DNA of 60,843 bases from Octopus bimaculoides (lineage: Eukaryota): the NCBI RefSeq assembly GCF_001194135.2, contig NC_068986.1, positions 25,281,571-25,342,413 on the forward strand, given 5' to 3'. The notes under the pieces were generated by a model that was given only the letters and a program-made list of their open reading frames with translations, ran no database searches and was not told the origin of the DNA. Made by a program: the position numbers and the translations under genes. Of this stretch, positions 47,573 to 60,672 are shown piece by piece (positions within the stretch are counted from its first letter, which is position 1; each line of letters opens with the position of its first letter).

Positions 47573-48141
47573 GTTGGTGTTAGGAAGGGTCTCCAGCTGT
47601 AGAAGCCATGCCACAACATATAACTGGAGCCTGGTGCAATTCTCTGGCCTGCCAACTCCTATCAAACTATCCAACCCATGTCAGCATGGAAAACTGATGT
47701 TAAATGATGACGATGACAATATATATATATATTTTCCTTTTATTTTTCTTGCCTTTGTTCATGAGAACAAGAATTCCGCACACAGAATAAAGTACTCTTT
47801 ACTCCAAGACGTAGAGTGTGTTATAGTCTTTATTTTGGTAATTAGTTTGTGGACTTAATTATTTTATGTTTCTTTTAATTGAACCTGTTTACACCCTGTG
47901 AATGGGTTCAATTAAAAGAACCAAAACAGAATTAAATCTGTAAACTTCTCATATATATATCATCATCATCATCATCATCGTTTAACGTCCGCTTTCCATG
48001 CTAGCATGGGTTGGACGATTTGACCGAGGACTGGTGAAACCGGATGGCAACACCAGGCTCCAATCTGATTTGGCAGAGTTTCTACAGCTGGATGCCCTTC
48101 CTAACGCCAACCACTCAGAGAGTGTAGTGGGNNNNNNNNNN

Positions 48142-48180
<39 letters not shown>

Positions 48181-48189
48181 TATATATAT

Positions 48190-48223
<34 letters not shown>

Positions 48224-48240
48224 AACATATATATATGCAA

Positions 48241-48283
<43 letters not shown>

Positions 48284-50443
48284 CTGTTCTTGAATCTAGA
48301 CTGTCTTTTCAGTTTTCCCCTCCTTGGACTTTGGTTTTGAATTGCTGTTGATGCTTCTGTAACTTTGCTGTTTTCTAAGTAGGGATGTTGAGAAATCTAT
48401 AGTATCCTTAATATCTCTTGGCAGTTGCACACAACTATCAAGACCTTATATGGGTATCTTCTGAAGATTTCAGCTGTCATAAGAAAGCATCATCTGGCTC
48501 TTGCTGAACATGTAATGAGACATAGTGAAGCTGCTGCAAGAGTTCTGTTATGGTCCCCCACTGTCACTCATAGACGTAGTTGCCCAAATCTGATCTTCAA
48601 GAAAACCATTGAAGAAGAAGACATTGAACTACATGGCAGTGTCTTGATGGACATGATGCAAGATCGCAATTCATGGAGGAACCTCATAGTGTCACCAATT
48701 GGAGTTGGATGATCTTAAAAAAGAGATGTTGACCCAATGTAGACTCGTTTTTATCTCTGGGAAAATGTGGTTATATTAGTTTGGCCTCTGTCCTCTGATC
48801 TGTCAAACATGGGTGGCCTTACCAAAAGCTTTAATGCTGCTGATATATTCATTACTGGACAAAATTTCAAGGCCAGTGTATAAACTGCCAAAATGAATTC
48901 CTTGCAACTGTTTTTCATTATAGATTCATAATTGACAAATAGAAAAGGATATACGAAAACCTAAAGAAATGTTTAACAGTTAATGCAGAATATATGCATT
49001 GTTTGAAAACAAACACTATTTTGTCTGATCAAAAATTTAAGACCATGACAAATAAAAAGGTTTAAATTTGATATAAACTATAAAAACTGTGGCATTTATG
49101 TTCAAGCTTTCTATGTGTCAACAAGTGTCAGCCACTCCCTGTCTATTTCTCAACAACAATGGGGAAAGCTAAAATATTGACAGATTTTGAATGTGGTAGA
49201 ATTGTAAAGCTTCTGATACAAGATCTTTCTCAACCTGCCATCTCCAGTGATATTGGTCACAGTAAAACTGCCATTGCAAACTTCTTAAAAGACCTTGAAG
49301 TATATGGATTGAAAAAATCGTCTGGCCAGCAAAAGAAAATTTCACAAGCATTGAGTAGAAGGATTCGATGGGAAGTTAGGAAAGACATTAGTCCAACATC
49401 AAACCAACTTAAGGCACTCACAGATGCAGAATGCAGCTCGAGGACAATAAGTCGACATTTGAGAGAGAGGCTTTAAAAATCTTAAATGTTTCCAGAGACC
49501 CTATCTTCTTCCATGCCACAAAACTACTTGTTTAGAATTTGCTCAGAATCACCAGAGCTGGGGCATTCACAAATGGAAGGAAGTTTTATTCTTACATGAT
49601 AGGAAATTTGATCTTGATGGTCCTGATGGTTTCCAACGATATTGGCATGCAAAAGATATTCCATCAGAGACTTTTTCAGCGAGACGCAATGGTGGAGGCT
49701 CTATCATGGTGTGGAGTGTTTTCTCGTACAAAGGAACTATGGAACTTCAGGTTGTTAAGGGGCATCAAACAGCAGCTGGCTATGTTGACATATTGGAGCG
49801 GGTATCACTCTTGAAAGCTCTTGTTTGTGTGGAGAAGTCATGGTGTAGGCATGGCGTCTCCCTGTCCAGGAATTGAAACCACAATCTTATGATCATGAGT
49901 CCAGCACCCTAACCACTGTGGAGAAGTCACGGTGCAGGCATGGCGTCACCCTGTCCAGGAATTGAAACCACAATCTTATGATCATGAGTCCAGCACCCTA
50001 ACCACTAAGCCATGCACCTCCATGCTGGTATATCACTCAGGGTCATTGAGATATACAAGCCACAACACCACAACAAGGAATGAGCCTTGTGGTGGAACTA
50101 ACCTTTGTAGTGGTTTGCTTAACATTCCAAGTAAGGTCTTTTGACAAGAGTTGCACCTAAAAGATGAAGACTAGAAGACTCAGGAAGAACTGTATCAGAC
50201 ATAGAATTGTCTTCAAAGTTCTTGTAATGATTAAGGGAGAGAATTTTAGTTTTTAACAGAATTGATAGTAATCAACCAGTGAGCATCTCAATCAGTCAGT
50301 GAATGCAAAAAAACCTGGATGCCTTTCCTGCAGCTTACCCTGTTATTACATGCACATGTATGTATATGTGCACATGCATATATAAAAGAAAAAAGTGTTG
50401 ATGTTTCATTTCTGTTTCAAGTTTGTGCTTATAATGTCTAATA

Positions 50444-50495
<52 letters not shown>

Positions 50496-51250
50496 ATATA
50501 TGAGTTAGTAGAATTATTCAACATTGTCCAGGCTGTAAAGTAGCTATAAATTGTTCTTAATGAAAGCTTATTTAGTTTAATAAAATATTATTGGATTTCT
50601 CTTAGAAACTTATCTTTCATGTAAGACACGAAATTGTTCTCCAATACTTTTGTAGCAGGTCTGATGTCTAATGCACTTTATTACAGAAATGGTAGTATAT
50701 TTAGTAATTTAATTGTGTAAATGACATGTATATATATATATGTATATGTATATAATTCAGGCTAATTAAGTGAGAATGCAGGAATAAGTAAATGTGAAAG
50801 CAGTTTTATTTCATTTGGAACTGTTATTGAAGTTAATGTATTCTCTTTTATTCTTGATAGTCTATTGACTGATGAGACACAATATGTTAAAACAGTGTCC
50901 CAGAATCCCTTGTGTATGTCATGAACACATTATCATCATAAAAAGTCGTTCTGTGATATACACAGCAGCAACCAGCATATTTTGCATTTGAATCTGCTAG
51001 AACATATTGGTTTCAAATTTTGGCACAAGGCCAGCAATTTCAGGGGATGTAGCTAGTCGACTACATTAACCTCAGTGCTCAACTGGTACTTATTTTATCA
51101 ACCCTGAAAGGATGAAAGACAATATTGACTTCAATGCGATTTGAACTTGGAACATAAAGACAGATGAAATGCTGTGAAGCGTTTCACCTGGAATGCTAAC
51201 GATTCTGCCAGCTTGCCACCTTAATCTGCTGTAATGTATGAAGAATCATC

Positions 51251-51325
<75 letters not shown>

Positions 51326-52516
51326 GTTTAACGTCTGCTTTCTGTGCTANNNNNNNNNNCTGGCAAGCCAGAAGGTTGCACCATGCTCCAATCTGATCTG
51401 GCAGAGTTTCTACAGCTGGATGCCCTTCCTAATGCCAACTACTCCGAGAGTGTAGTGGGTGCTTTTACGTGCCACCGGCACGAGGGCCAGTCACACGGGA
51501 GCCAGTCCAGCGGCACTGGCAACCACCTCGCTCGAATGATTTTCTAACGTGCCACCAGCTCAAGTGCTAGAAGGCAACCCAAATCATTGTACACAGTGCA
51601 AATAAAGGGGTTTATTTTATTAGTTGGCAGTTATAAGCACTGATCAGCAAAAATTTTTGACCACTGAAATTATAAACAAAGCCTGTGGGTTGTTTTGGCT
51701 TAAAAGTTTGGATACATCTAGCTGATATGACACAATATGCCAAAGCACCAGTGTTTCTGAATCCCTTGTGCCAATAAGCCAAGTGTGTTATGAATGTACT
51801 GTTGCCATAGAAAGAAGCTGTTCTCCTGTGACATATACAACAGCGATTAGTATATTTGCATTTATATCTGCTAGAAAAAATATGCAAGATGTCTTAGATA
51901 TATCCAAGATATAATATTGATTTCAAAACATATGTTTACAGATAATTGTATTTTTTTGTGTAATTTTCACTAGTCTTGCCTGATTTACGTTTTTGTTGCT
52001 TCGCTAAATCCCCTTTGAGAATTATTCGGTCTAAGTAGACACATGACATGTGATCTTCTTCTAGCACATTAGCAGTCCACCTAGTGGCCTCCTTTATATA
52101 TATTTTTATATATTCTTATATATAAGATATATTAAATGTATCTAAGATGAAAACCTCCTTGTCTTTACTTTCATCATAAATATATAAGATATATTTAAGA
52201 CATTTTAGATATATTTAAGAAAAAAATATGCAAATCTTTTATTGGATGCTTTCTAGCAATGACATCTTGTTTTTTTTTTTTATTTATTTTGCATCAAATC
52301 ATGTAATCTAATACTATGTTAACAAATATAGTCTGAAATCTCAGATATCATTTTTAATGCAGTATGATGTAATTTAAGGTAACTTTAACTGCTATTTCTA
52401 GCAGGAAAGGCAGCATGTACATGCTTCTCTAATGGCTCGGGGTCATTTGCATGTGTACTTTCTTGAAAATGTACCCTAGTAATGTAATATTCCTTGGTAT
52501 TTCCATAGAAAATACA

Positions 52517-52547
<31 letters not shown>

Positions 52548-54353
52548 AAGAGAAAGACAGAGAGATGGTCTGTGGGTCTCTTTGAGCATCTATTTTATGA
52601 GTATCCCAGTTGTTGAATCTGTAGCAGATTGTTATTTATGTGGAACTTTTTCACTATTAACTCTGTTTTTTGTATCTCTTTGATGCATACACACAAAATT
52701 ACACACGCTCACACACACACATATTCTTGCACTCTCTCACAATCATACAGATGCTCAATGTGCACACACATACACATACACACACACACCTTTTCTTTAT
52801 CCCTTTTCCAGTCTATCATGTTCACTTTCATTCATTTTTTTTTTGTATATATGTCTATGTTTGTAAGCTTTATTTTATTATATTTTATTTATTTATTCCT
52901 GACTTCTCAGATTTCTGAAAACCTCCCTGTCTTTACTTTCATCTTAGATATTATTGTCAATAACAACAGCTTCATAAAATCCGTCAAGTTGTTTATTTAG
53001 TAATTCTACACACACACACACACAAATACACACACACATACATACACACAAGCAAATACACATACACACACATGCTCACACACACATGCTCACACACACA
53101 TGAAAGTTGATATATTCAAATGCTGAATTATGTCAAATGAATGTGAGAGAGATGTGTCCAGTACATGTTGTTGAGTAAATATGGCTTACTGGAGCTCAGT
53201 GTTTGTCTTGTGACTTGAGTTTCATGCCACTGTGATCTTCAGGCAAAAACACCTGAAGATCATGATGCCATGAAAGTGCAGTCACAAGGTAAGCATTTAG
53301 TGTCAGTAACCTATATATGTATGTGTGTGTGTGTATATATAATTCAGGCGTGCGAGTGGCTGTGTAGTAAGTAGCTTGCTTACCAACCACATGGTTCCGG
53401 GTTCATTCCCACTGCATGTCTTCTACTATAGCCTTGGGCTGACCAAAACCTTGTGAGTGGATTTGGTAGATGGAAACTGAAAGAAGCCCGTCTTATATAT
53501 ATATATATATNNNNNNNNNNACACCTGAAGATCATGATGCCATGAAAGTGCAGTCACAAGGTAAGCATTTAGTGTCAGTAACCTATATATGTATGTGTGT
53601 GTGTGTATATGTTTGTGTGTCTGTGTTTGTCCCCCAACATCACTTGACAACCAATGGTGGTGTGTTTATGTCCCTGTAACTTAGTGGTTCGGCAAAAGAG
53701 ACTGATAGAATAAGTACTAGGCTTCCAAAGAATAAGTCCTGGGGTCGATTTGCTTGACTGAAGGCGGTGCTCCAGCATGGCCGCAGTCAAATGACTGAAA
53801 CAAGTGAAAGAGTAAAAAGAGTAAATAAGAATCAGATATTATCCATATAGAATACACTAATTAGTGCTCAAGAGATTTAAACTTGAGTGTGAAGAGAAGT
53901 AAATGTAGCAATAAGCAAGTTAGACAGATCAATATATAAAGTATATTAAATACATGAAATACAAAAAAAGGTCCAGCTTACACTGAATAAAAATGATATA
54001 GACAATTAAAGGAGTCGAAGAAAAGTATTACAAATCCAACAGCTGTTTCTGGGGGTTAAATATGGAGAGCGAAACATTTAATATCAGCAGAGTTGGTATT
54101 TCATTAATCTTGTTGCTTCCTTTAGCCATAGACACTAAGCTATCAGTAGTTCAACCCTTAAAATCTATTAATGTCACTTAATGAGCAGATATTTTCTATT
54201 ATGCTGTATGATTTGATTATGTTATATAATCTTTTTGTACCTTTATATGTTTTTTTTTTTTTCATTTGCTGATTAAATGACCCTAATTTAGTATCAATTT
54301 TTTTTTTCCAGTGTTTCTGTTTTGAAGAACAACGATTGAATCCTCATGAGCAG
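33030..54353 (+). CDS. COX11: Cytochrome c oxidase copper chaperone COX11, partial (three internal exons; first and last coding exons not located)
   Basis: Spliced peptide ATGLGGQAVAGHDSSRVENM...FNADVASSMQWNFRP...VLPGETALAFYSAKNPTDKPIIGISTYNIIPYEAAMYFNKIQ|CFCFEEQRLNPHEQ; CFCF is the COX11 copper-binding motif. Confidence 0.96.
33601..33718. repeat. (TC)n microsatellite
   Basis: Direct. Confidence 0.98.
33850..33975 (+). CDS. COX11: COX11 internal exon (126 nt)
   Basis: tcttag|GTTTTA ... ATTCAG|GTAAGC, phase 0/0. Confidence 0.97.
35817..36265 (+). mobile_element. Tandem pair of SINE family B
   Basis: Two consecutive ~220-nt units, each ending cccttgtggg(t/c)agtaaagaaataagaaa. Confidence 0.88.
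37370..37790 (-). mobile_element. RTE-clade LINE 5' fragment (AP endonuclease start)
   Basis: LRVGTIVVGTLKGRSGEIVEMLEQRHVDVCC and SDRVGGMGIILAEKWVNKVIEVDRVSDRTLKLRV. Confidence 0.85.
38199..38406. mobile_element. Mariner-type MITE
   Basis: TA-CAGGGGTGCTGAAAACTTCCT ... TAGGAACTTTTCAGCTCTCCCTTG-TA. Confidence 0.75.
40316..40705 (-). mobile_element. SINE family A copy
   Basis: Full-length match. Confidence 0.9.
41387..42432. repeat. ~300-bp diverged direct repeat (41387-41688 and 42137-42432)
   Basis: Colinear alignment by eye with long identical runs such as aacactaagattcaccttgttattttcaagagggagggcgagaaa. Confidence 0.92.
43719..44177 (+). mobile_element. SINE family A copy with expanded (TA)n
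   Basis: Full-length match. Confidence 0.9.
44722..45570 (-). mobile_element. RTE LINE 3' end: ORF C-terminus, ~700-nt 3' UTR and (GAT)n tail
   Basis: VEGTCGRGRPRKTWDEVVKH...MTSDRDLWKYALREKTRQAN* (stop 45420-45422) runs directly into the abundant GAT-tailed repeat. Confidence 0.85.
45744..46140 (+). mobile_element. SINE family A copy. Further copies at ~53345-53825, 60290-60630, 58270-58450, 27565-27730, 32820-32985, 42800-43170, 16570-16745
   Basis: Full-length match. Confidence 0.88.
48425..48712 (+). mobile_element. 3' ORF fragment of a second RTE-type LINE
   Basis: LYGYLLKISAVIRKHHLALAEHVMRH...RVLLWSP...MQDRNSWRNLI resembles RTE C-termini (RLRLAGHV.R...DR..WR). Confidence 0.7.
49020..49828 (+). 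mobile_element. 5' two-thirds of a Tc3-like Tc1/mariner transposase, decayed and truncated
   Basis: MGKAKILTDFECGRI...GHSKTAIANFLKD (paired-like HTH), then a frameshifted HDRKFDLDGPDGFQRYW...GGGSIMVW. Confidence 0.85.
49829..50006. repeat. 89-bp tandem duplication
   Basis: 49829-49917 vs 49918-50006, 3 mismatches. Confidence 0.92.
54312..54353 (+). CDS. COX11: COX11 42-nt exon (CFCFEEQRLNPHEQ)
   Basis: Long poly-T tract ccag|TGTTTC ... CAG|GTCAGA; continues in frame from FNKIQ. Confidence 0.94.
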
Positions 54354-55102
54354 GTCAGATATATGACAGTATTTTATATTTAAAAAAAAATATTTAAAAA
54401 AATGAAAGCAACCATTTGCAGAATAATTTTTTCCCCTAGTTCTCACTTTTTTTTTTTCTCATGAAGACTTTCAAACATTATAGCTTATTCTATTGGGTTA
54501 GATACTAATATATATTTAATAGCCTCACTCATATAATATTTGACCTGGAATAAAGATCTTAGTTCACTTATAATTTGTTCTGTTATATTGCCAAAAATAA
54601 TGTCTGTGGATTTTTGTACCACATCCTGGCAATAGCATCTATTAATTTTTTTGTACTAAATCTACACAATGCTAATATAAAATATAGAGATTATTACATG
54701 AGTGTGTAGTATCAACCACTTCAATCAACATAGTATTGATTCAAGTTCCTGTGTACTACACTCAGGATTGATCCAAATATTTCTTATTTATTGACTTCTG
54801 TATACAGGTAGATACATGTTCATATTATCCTTAGTCAGTATCCCACCATCGCCATCAAACTATCGTCTTTAACTAGTCAACCTATAATTGCTATCAGTAG
54901 AGAAGAAGTGCATGTATTTTTAAAACACACATTTTTGACCTATGAAAGTATTAATATTATAGCTTTTTTATACAAACCCTTTCCAGTTCTCATTAATCTT
55001 TTCTATATTTGGCTGTGTGTATGTGGGTTTTTCATTTTAACTAATTAGCTCTGTGGAATTAGAATTAGACCTCAATTATCAGAATGAGCTGTGCTGGGCG
55101 TA

Positions 55103-55166
55103 TTGTTTGAATAACTGATTGTTTGGATAACTGATTGTTTGGATAACTGATTGTTTGGATAACTGA
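55103..55166. repeat. 4 x 16-bp tandem repeat TTGTTTGGATAACTGA
   Basis: Three exact units and one with a single change. Confidence 0.95.
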
Positions 55167-55269
55167 TCTGACTGTAAACAAAGGAAACTATATTGAACAT
55201 AATTATATTAAAACGAAAATGTTTACAGCGTTTGTATGTCATCAAGCCAGACTATCGATGATTTGATGT

Positions 55270-56380
55270 CGTTCCAAGAATCAGTGGCCACAAACAATGC
55301 GTCCTTGACTGTAAATAACTTTTATATTGTGACAACCTTTTGTCTGTATTGTCTTCACCAACGACACCACAAAACATGTTGTGACAATAGCAATGTTTTT
55401 TTTTTTTTGTTTTTTTTTATTGATGTGATGATTTGGTTCCTGATGGAGCAGATGTAGTTGCTTGAAGGTAGGGTTTGATGTTAACAACAAACATTCAACA
55501 TCTCTATCTAGCAGTTTCGATTGGCTGTCTTTCATATTGTATAACATTTCATTGTCAGCTAGTAGAAGGGCACCAGTGAAATATATTGGGAAAATAGTTA
55601 TAAATTTTTCCAGAAATCGGGTTGGAATAAGTGGATATGTTACCAATGCTTTCCTTTGCGATTTGTACTTCATGGAAAATGAATTTATATCACAGTCCTT
55701 AAAGCAACATGGATTAGCATAATGACTAATGTAGACAAATGGTAATTTATGTACGTCAATGTTGTCACAAGGAAAAATTGTAAAGCAATCTTTCTGCACT
55801 TTCTGTCCTGATACAAGTGTCTTATCTGACAATACAATCCAAGAAAAAATCCACTTTAATCAGCATTATACAATTGTTCAAGTTTATAATTCTTTTCATG
55901 TGTGATGGGTTATAATTTCTGTTGGAATTCTCCTATGGTTTTGCAATCCATGGACTATATCAGTGGATTACAAAACTGTAATCCATGATTAGAAAGCTAA
56001 AAATTCTGAGTTCTTTGATTCCAAGATGATCTATGAAGCACAATGACCAACCTGACAACACACTGTGGGTGAACTCTTGTTGTGTTTCATCAGCATGGAT
56101 TCATTTATAGAAAATGTCCGTGTTTTCTTTTAATGTTAAACTAGAGGCTGGAGTCTCCTCTTTACAGTGCTGCAGAATCCACTGTTTGGTTGAGTTGTTC
56201 GTCTTTCATTTTGGTTAATGAATTTCTCAATCATTAGTCTTACTTGCTTGATGTTGGACTCTGTTGTTTTCTTGGAGTTGTAATGTTTTATGTCGTTTCA
56301 GCATGATTCAGATACTGTAAAATCTTTTTTTTTCTTTTTCTATTCAATTGTCAACGGTGTCCACTTTCTCTTCACAGTTA
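55270..56380 (-). mobile_element. Decayed pogo/Tigger (CENP-B-like) transposase
   Basis: KRKWTPLTIE (psq-like HTH); EQLYNAD*SG; GQKVQKDCFT...HKLPF...NPCCFK...YKSQRKA; LLLADN, all resembling DDE_1 motifs; many stops. Confidence 0.75.
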
Positions 56381-59300
56381 TATTAATAGTAATAAACTTA
56401 ATTATTTGTAGCAGATATACAAGGATATAAGCAAAAAGGAGACAAAGGGGACAGCCACCATTGAGCATATATGTGGAACAGCACAAAATTGCCTCTGGCT
56501 ATGGTGGTACTGGATGAGTCTTTGTTTCTGGGTGTTGAGAACAAAGTTGTGAATGAAATCACTGATTTTACCATATTTTTAAACCCTTCAACATGTCAGC
56601 TATTTTTATCTGTTAAAATTATTTCAACACTATTTAAAGTGATAAACTGATATCAAATTAGCAGACTGATAGATACATGATATTATTGATTACTACAAAA
56701 GAAAGGATAAGATCTTTGACCCTATATTGGTAATGTTTGGTTAACATGTTTATGTATCCTTTAATCAGTAGCATAACTGAGGGGAGAGTTGGGGGCAGTT
56801 CACCCTGGGTGATGTTTTTATGGAGCGATAATTTTGAGTCTGCTTTAGATTCCTGTATAGAAGATAATAGATGGGGTTATGTAGGTGTGTTGCAAACTCA
56901 AGGGCTACTCCAAGTGGCACACACTCTAGCTGTACCACTGTCTTCAGTTGTTTGAAGCTACATTAAGCCCTTTTGATACCAACTCACCTGAGATTGCCCT
57001 TGGTCTTGACACAAACTTCCTGTTTTAATATGTTCTAAATTAAAGCCATCCATCAATGTTTTGTGCTAATTTATATTTCAATTACCAGCTTAATAATGAT
57101 ATTATTGTTTTACTAAATTCATTAATTACAAATTTAACTGAAATAAAGGTAATTTATTTCAACAGAAATATAGTAAACAAAAGGGTTAATCATAGTAAAC
57201 AAAAGATAATAGTATAACTAGTACTATTCAGGTTGGCTAAATAGTATAACTAAAGAAATATTCACAGAACCATGAGACCTTGTTTGGATAATCCAGAATT
57301 TGGATAATTAATATTTATTAAGGTTTGACTGTAATGTTAAGGTGCAAAGGTACTTGACTAAAGAATTGTTGTAAGCATGTTGTCCCAAGGTGTAATATTC
57401 GAATCATTCCCCTGCCCTTACTCTGTTTTAAAGCCAATAGTGAGTTTTGGCTGCTATATTGAGTTGAGTTAGTATTTAAGCAGAAGTTTACTCATTGGTT
57501 CGTCAAATGTTTAGTTGATACCATCATTTTATGCTTATGAAATAATTTATGTTGAAAAATTATGGCTGCAAGATTTTCAACATCTTCATCAGAAGCATCA
57601 ATGTACCATTTCAGTAACAAATCAAAGCTCTCCCCCCCCCCCACGCTAATTTAATAATTCAAGGCTCTGTTATTTAAGTGTAAACTATTTTGCTATCTAT
57701 GTATTATGTACTGTTGACTAGTAGTCTGACAGCATCGTTAGATTGAATACCAGCAAAGTAAAAAAACTATATTGTACTGATGCATCATCATCATCATTAA
57801 TTCATTGATTGTTTCTTTCTGAAAATCATATACTGTACCAACTGGGTTAGGACTACCAAATGTTCTAGTTAATGACTATCTACATTTAAAATGAAGATCA
57901 ATAAGACTGAGTTACTGTTTAGTTCTGATTTAGTAGCCTAACATCTGTTCGAGTGTGAAATGAAATGTTTCAACAAAAACAAAAGTGTAATGCTAGTATC
58001 AGAGTTGAGGCTGGTAGATATAAAATAAGTAAAATATTGGCATTACTATTTGCATAAAATAAACATAAGTATTAGAATACAGGTTTTTTAAAAATAATTT
58101 TTAGTATTCCAATGTGTTTATATTTTGAGATGTTCATAATAAAGAAGGCAATAAAACTTCATTGTAGGACACTTGATAACATTTACATATCGTATTGTGT
58201 TATTGAGCAAAAAATAAACAAGGATAGTTATATAGTAGTAATAATTATTTATTTTTACGTGGATAAAAGGAATGCAGGCACGACTGTGTGGTTAAGAAGT
58301 TGTTTTCACACCTAGGTGGTTTTGTGCTTTCAGTCCCATTGTGTGGCACCTCAGGCAATTGTTTTCTACTATAGCCCTGTGCTGACCAAGGTCCTGGGAA
58401 GCTTTTCTTTTTTTTTCATAGATAGAAACTGAAAGAAGCCCATTGTATATATGTTTGATGAAGGCAATAAAACACAAAAAGAAAGAAAACATGTGAGGAA
58501 CAGATATTTAATGGTTAAAATAAAGGAAACGAGTCTTGATGTTTTGAGCACTAGTCCTTTATCAGAAGAAAGATAGAGAAGAAAAATAAGGGAGAAGAGT
58601 GAATGAGAAAAAATGGTTGGAGGATTGTGTGTGTTTATGTCTTTTGATGTTGCATGCTAACTGTGAACTGTCATATAAGTGTTATCGTCTGTGAAAACAT
58701 GTCTAGCCATTGTGCTGTTTGTGTTTGAGAGGCTAGGGAAAAATATAACCTTATGAGAAAATAAGTGTGGATTGGTCATAAGAAGAGCATCCAGCTATAG
58801 AAAATCTGTCTCTGCGTATTCCAATCATGGAAAAGTGTACACTAGAATGATAGTGACACTGATATTGCTGCGATCTTATTCTATCTGCAATTTATACAAG
58901 ATTTCTTAATGAGAAATGCATTTGGGAAACAAAGTTCAGAATAATTAGTATTGGAGCTAATAGATATTGCTATTACAAACAGTGTAGATATATATGAGGG
59001 ATAGAAATATATCCTAGACTGATGTAGCTGTTTATTTCTGTATAGTTCTGGTAACTATGCATTCTAATTAACCCCTTATCTGTTCAAATATTCTACTTTA
59101 TTTCAATTAATTTGCCATTAGCGGTGTTACATAGAGGGGACAAACAAAGACAGACAAACATAAAGTAGCTGTGGATGAAACAAATAATGAGAGAGGCACC
59201 AGTACCCACCGACTGATAATCCCTCGAAAACATTCTTCTTTTTTTTTTTCCTTTAAAAAACACTAATGAGGTTGCAAACTTCTTACACTGTTAATATTAC

Positions 59301-60625
59301 AAATTTTACACAATTTCAACTTGCTTTACTTGTTTTATGTTAACCCTTTTGATACTAACCTCCCTGAAACTGCCCTGTGTTACTTATTCCTTATTCCTGT
59401 GTTACAAATTCTGTTTTAAAGTGATCTAAATTAAAACCTTCAATCAAATTTCCATGTAAATCATGTTTTAAACATCAGCTTAATATTGACAATGTTATTT
59501 TACTAAATTCTTCATTATTTTCAAAAGTCTGTGCATGCTGACTGGAATAAGGTAGTGAAAGGGTTTTAAAAAAAGAAGCTAGATGCAGCCTCTCACATTT
59601 TCTCTACAATGTGTTTCTAAAAACAAGCACCCACATCATTGAAATCTCAAAAGCTATCTGATAAGCCATAATTAATTCAAAACAATGAGAATAAAGAAGC
59701 ATTATATCTGATAGAAATGTGGAGGCGCGTGGCTTAGTGGTTAGGATGTCAGCATCATGAGCGTAAGATTGTGGTTTCGATTCCTGGACCGGGCGATGCG
59801 TTGTGTTCTTGAGCAAAACACTTCATTTCACGTTGCTCCAGTCCACTCAGATGGCAAAAATGAGTAATGCTGCGATGGACTGGCGTCTCGTCCAGCTGGG
59901 AAACACATACGACATTGAAACTGGGAAACCGGGCCCATGAGCCTGGCTAGGCTTTAAAAGGGCGCACTTATTATTTTTTTATATCTGATAGAATAATCTG
60001 AATGGTAAAGGGTTAACTGTAAGAGACTGTCAAATTGATGCTTAAAAATGGGAAACAAGATATGTTTTTGCTACATTTGGTTAAATTCAATACCTAGAAA
60101 TTCTTAATTACAAATACAAATTGAAATGGATCAGGCTGTTGCATTGAACTGATGAGATGTTTGCAATAGCTTTTGAATGGCTCACTTTCAGCAAAGTCAA
60201 TGTTACTCAGATATTGCTGACTCAATACATAACATTGGTATATATGAAAGGCATGCAAAAGAGGAAGTTTCTCAAGATCTGTGAACTGCTATGCTATGGC
60301 TGCATTTGCTTCCTAACCACATGGTATCAGATTCAGTCTCATTGCATGACACCCTGAGCAACTGCCTCCTATTATATATAGCCTCAAAGCCTTATGAGTA
60401 GATTTGGTGGATGGAAACTGAAAGAAGCCTATCATGTATGTGTATATATATATATATATCAGAGGAGTGGCTGTGTGGTAAGTAGCTTGCTTACCAACCA
60501 CATGGTTCTGGGTTCAGTCCCACTGTGTAACACCTTGGGCAGGTGTCTTCTACTATTGCCTCAGGCTGACCAAAGCCTTATGAGTGGATTTGGTGGATGG
60601 AAACTGAAAGAAGCCTGTCATGTGC

Positions 60626-60672
<47 letters not shown>

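Noticed and set aside
53249-53610. ~90-bp exact duplication either side of a 10-N gap (also 17717-17784)
   Set aside because: Identical sequence flanking a placeholder gap is typical of contig-overlap or haplotype scaffolding artefacts.
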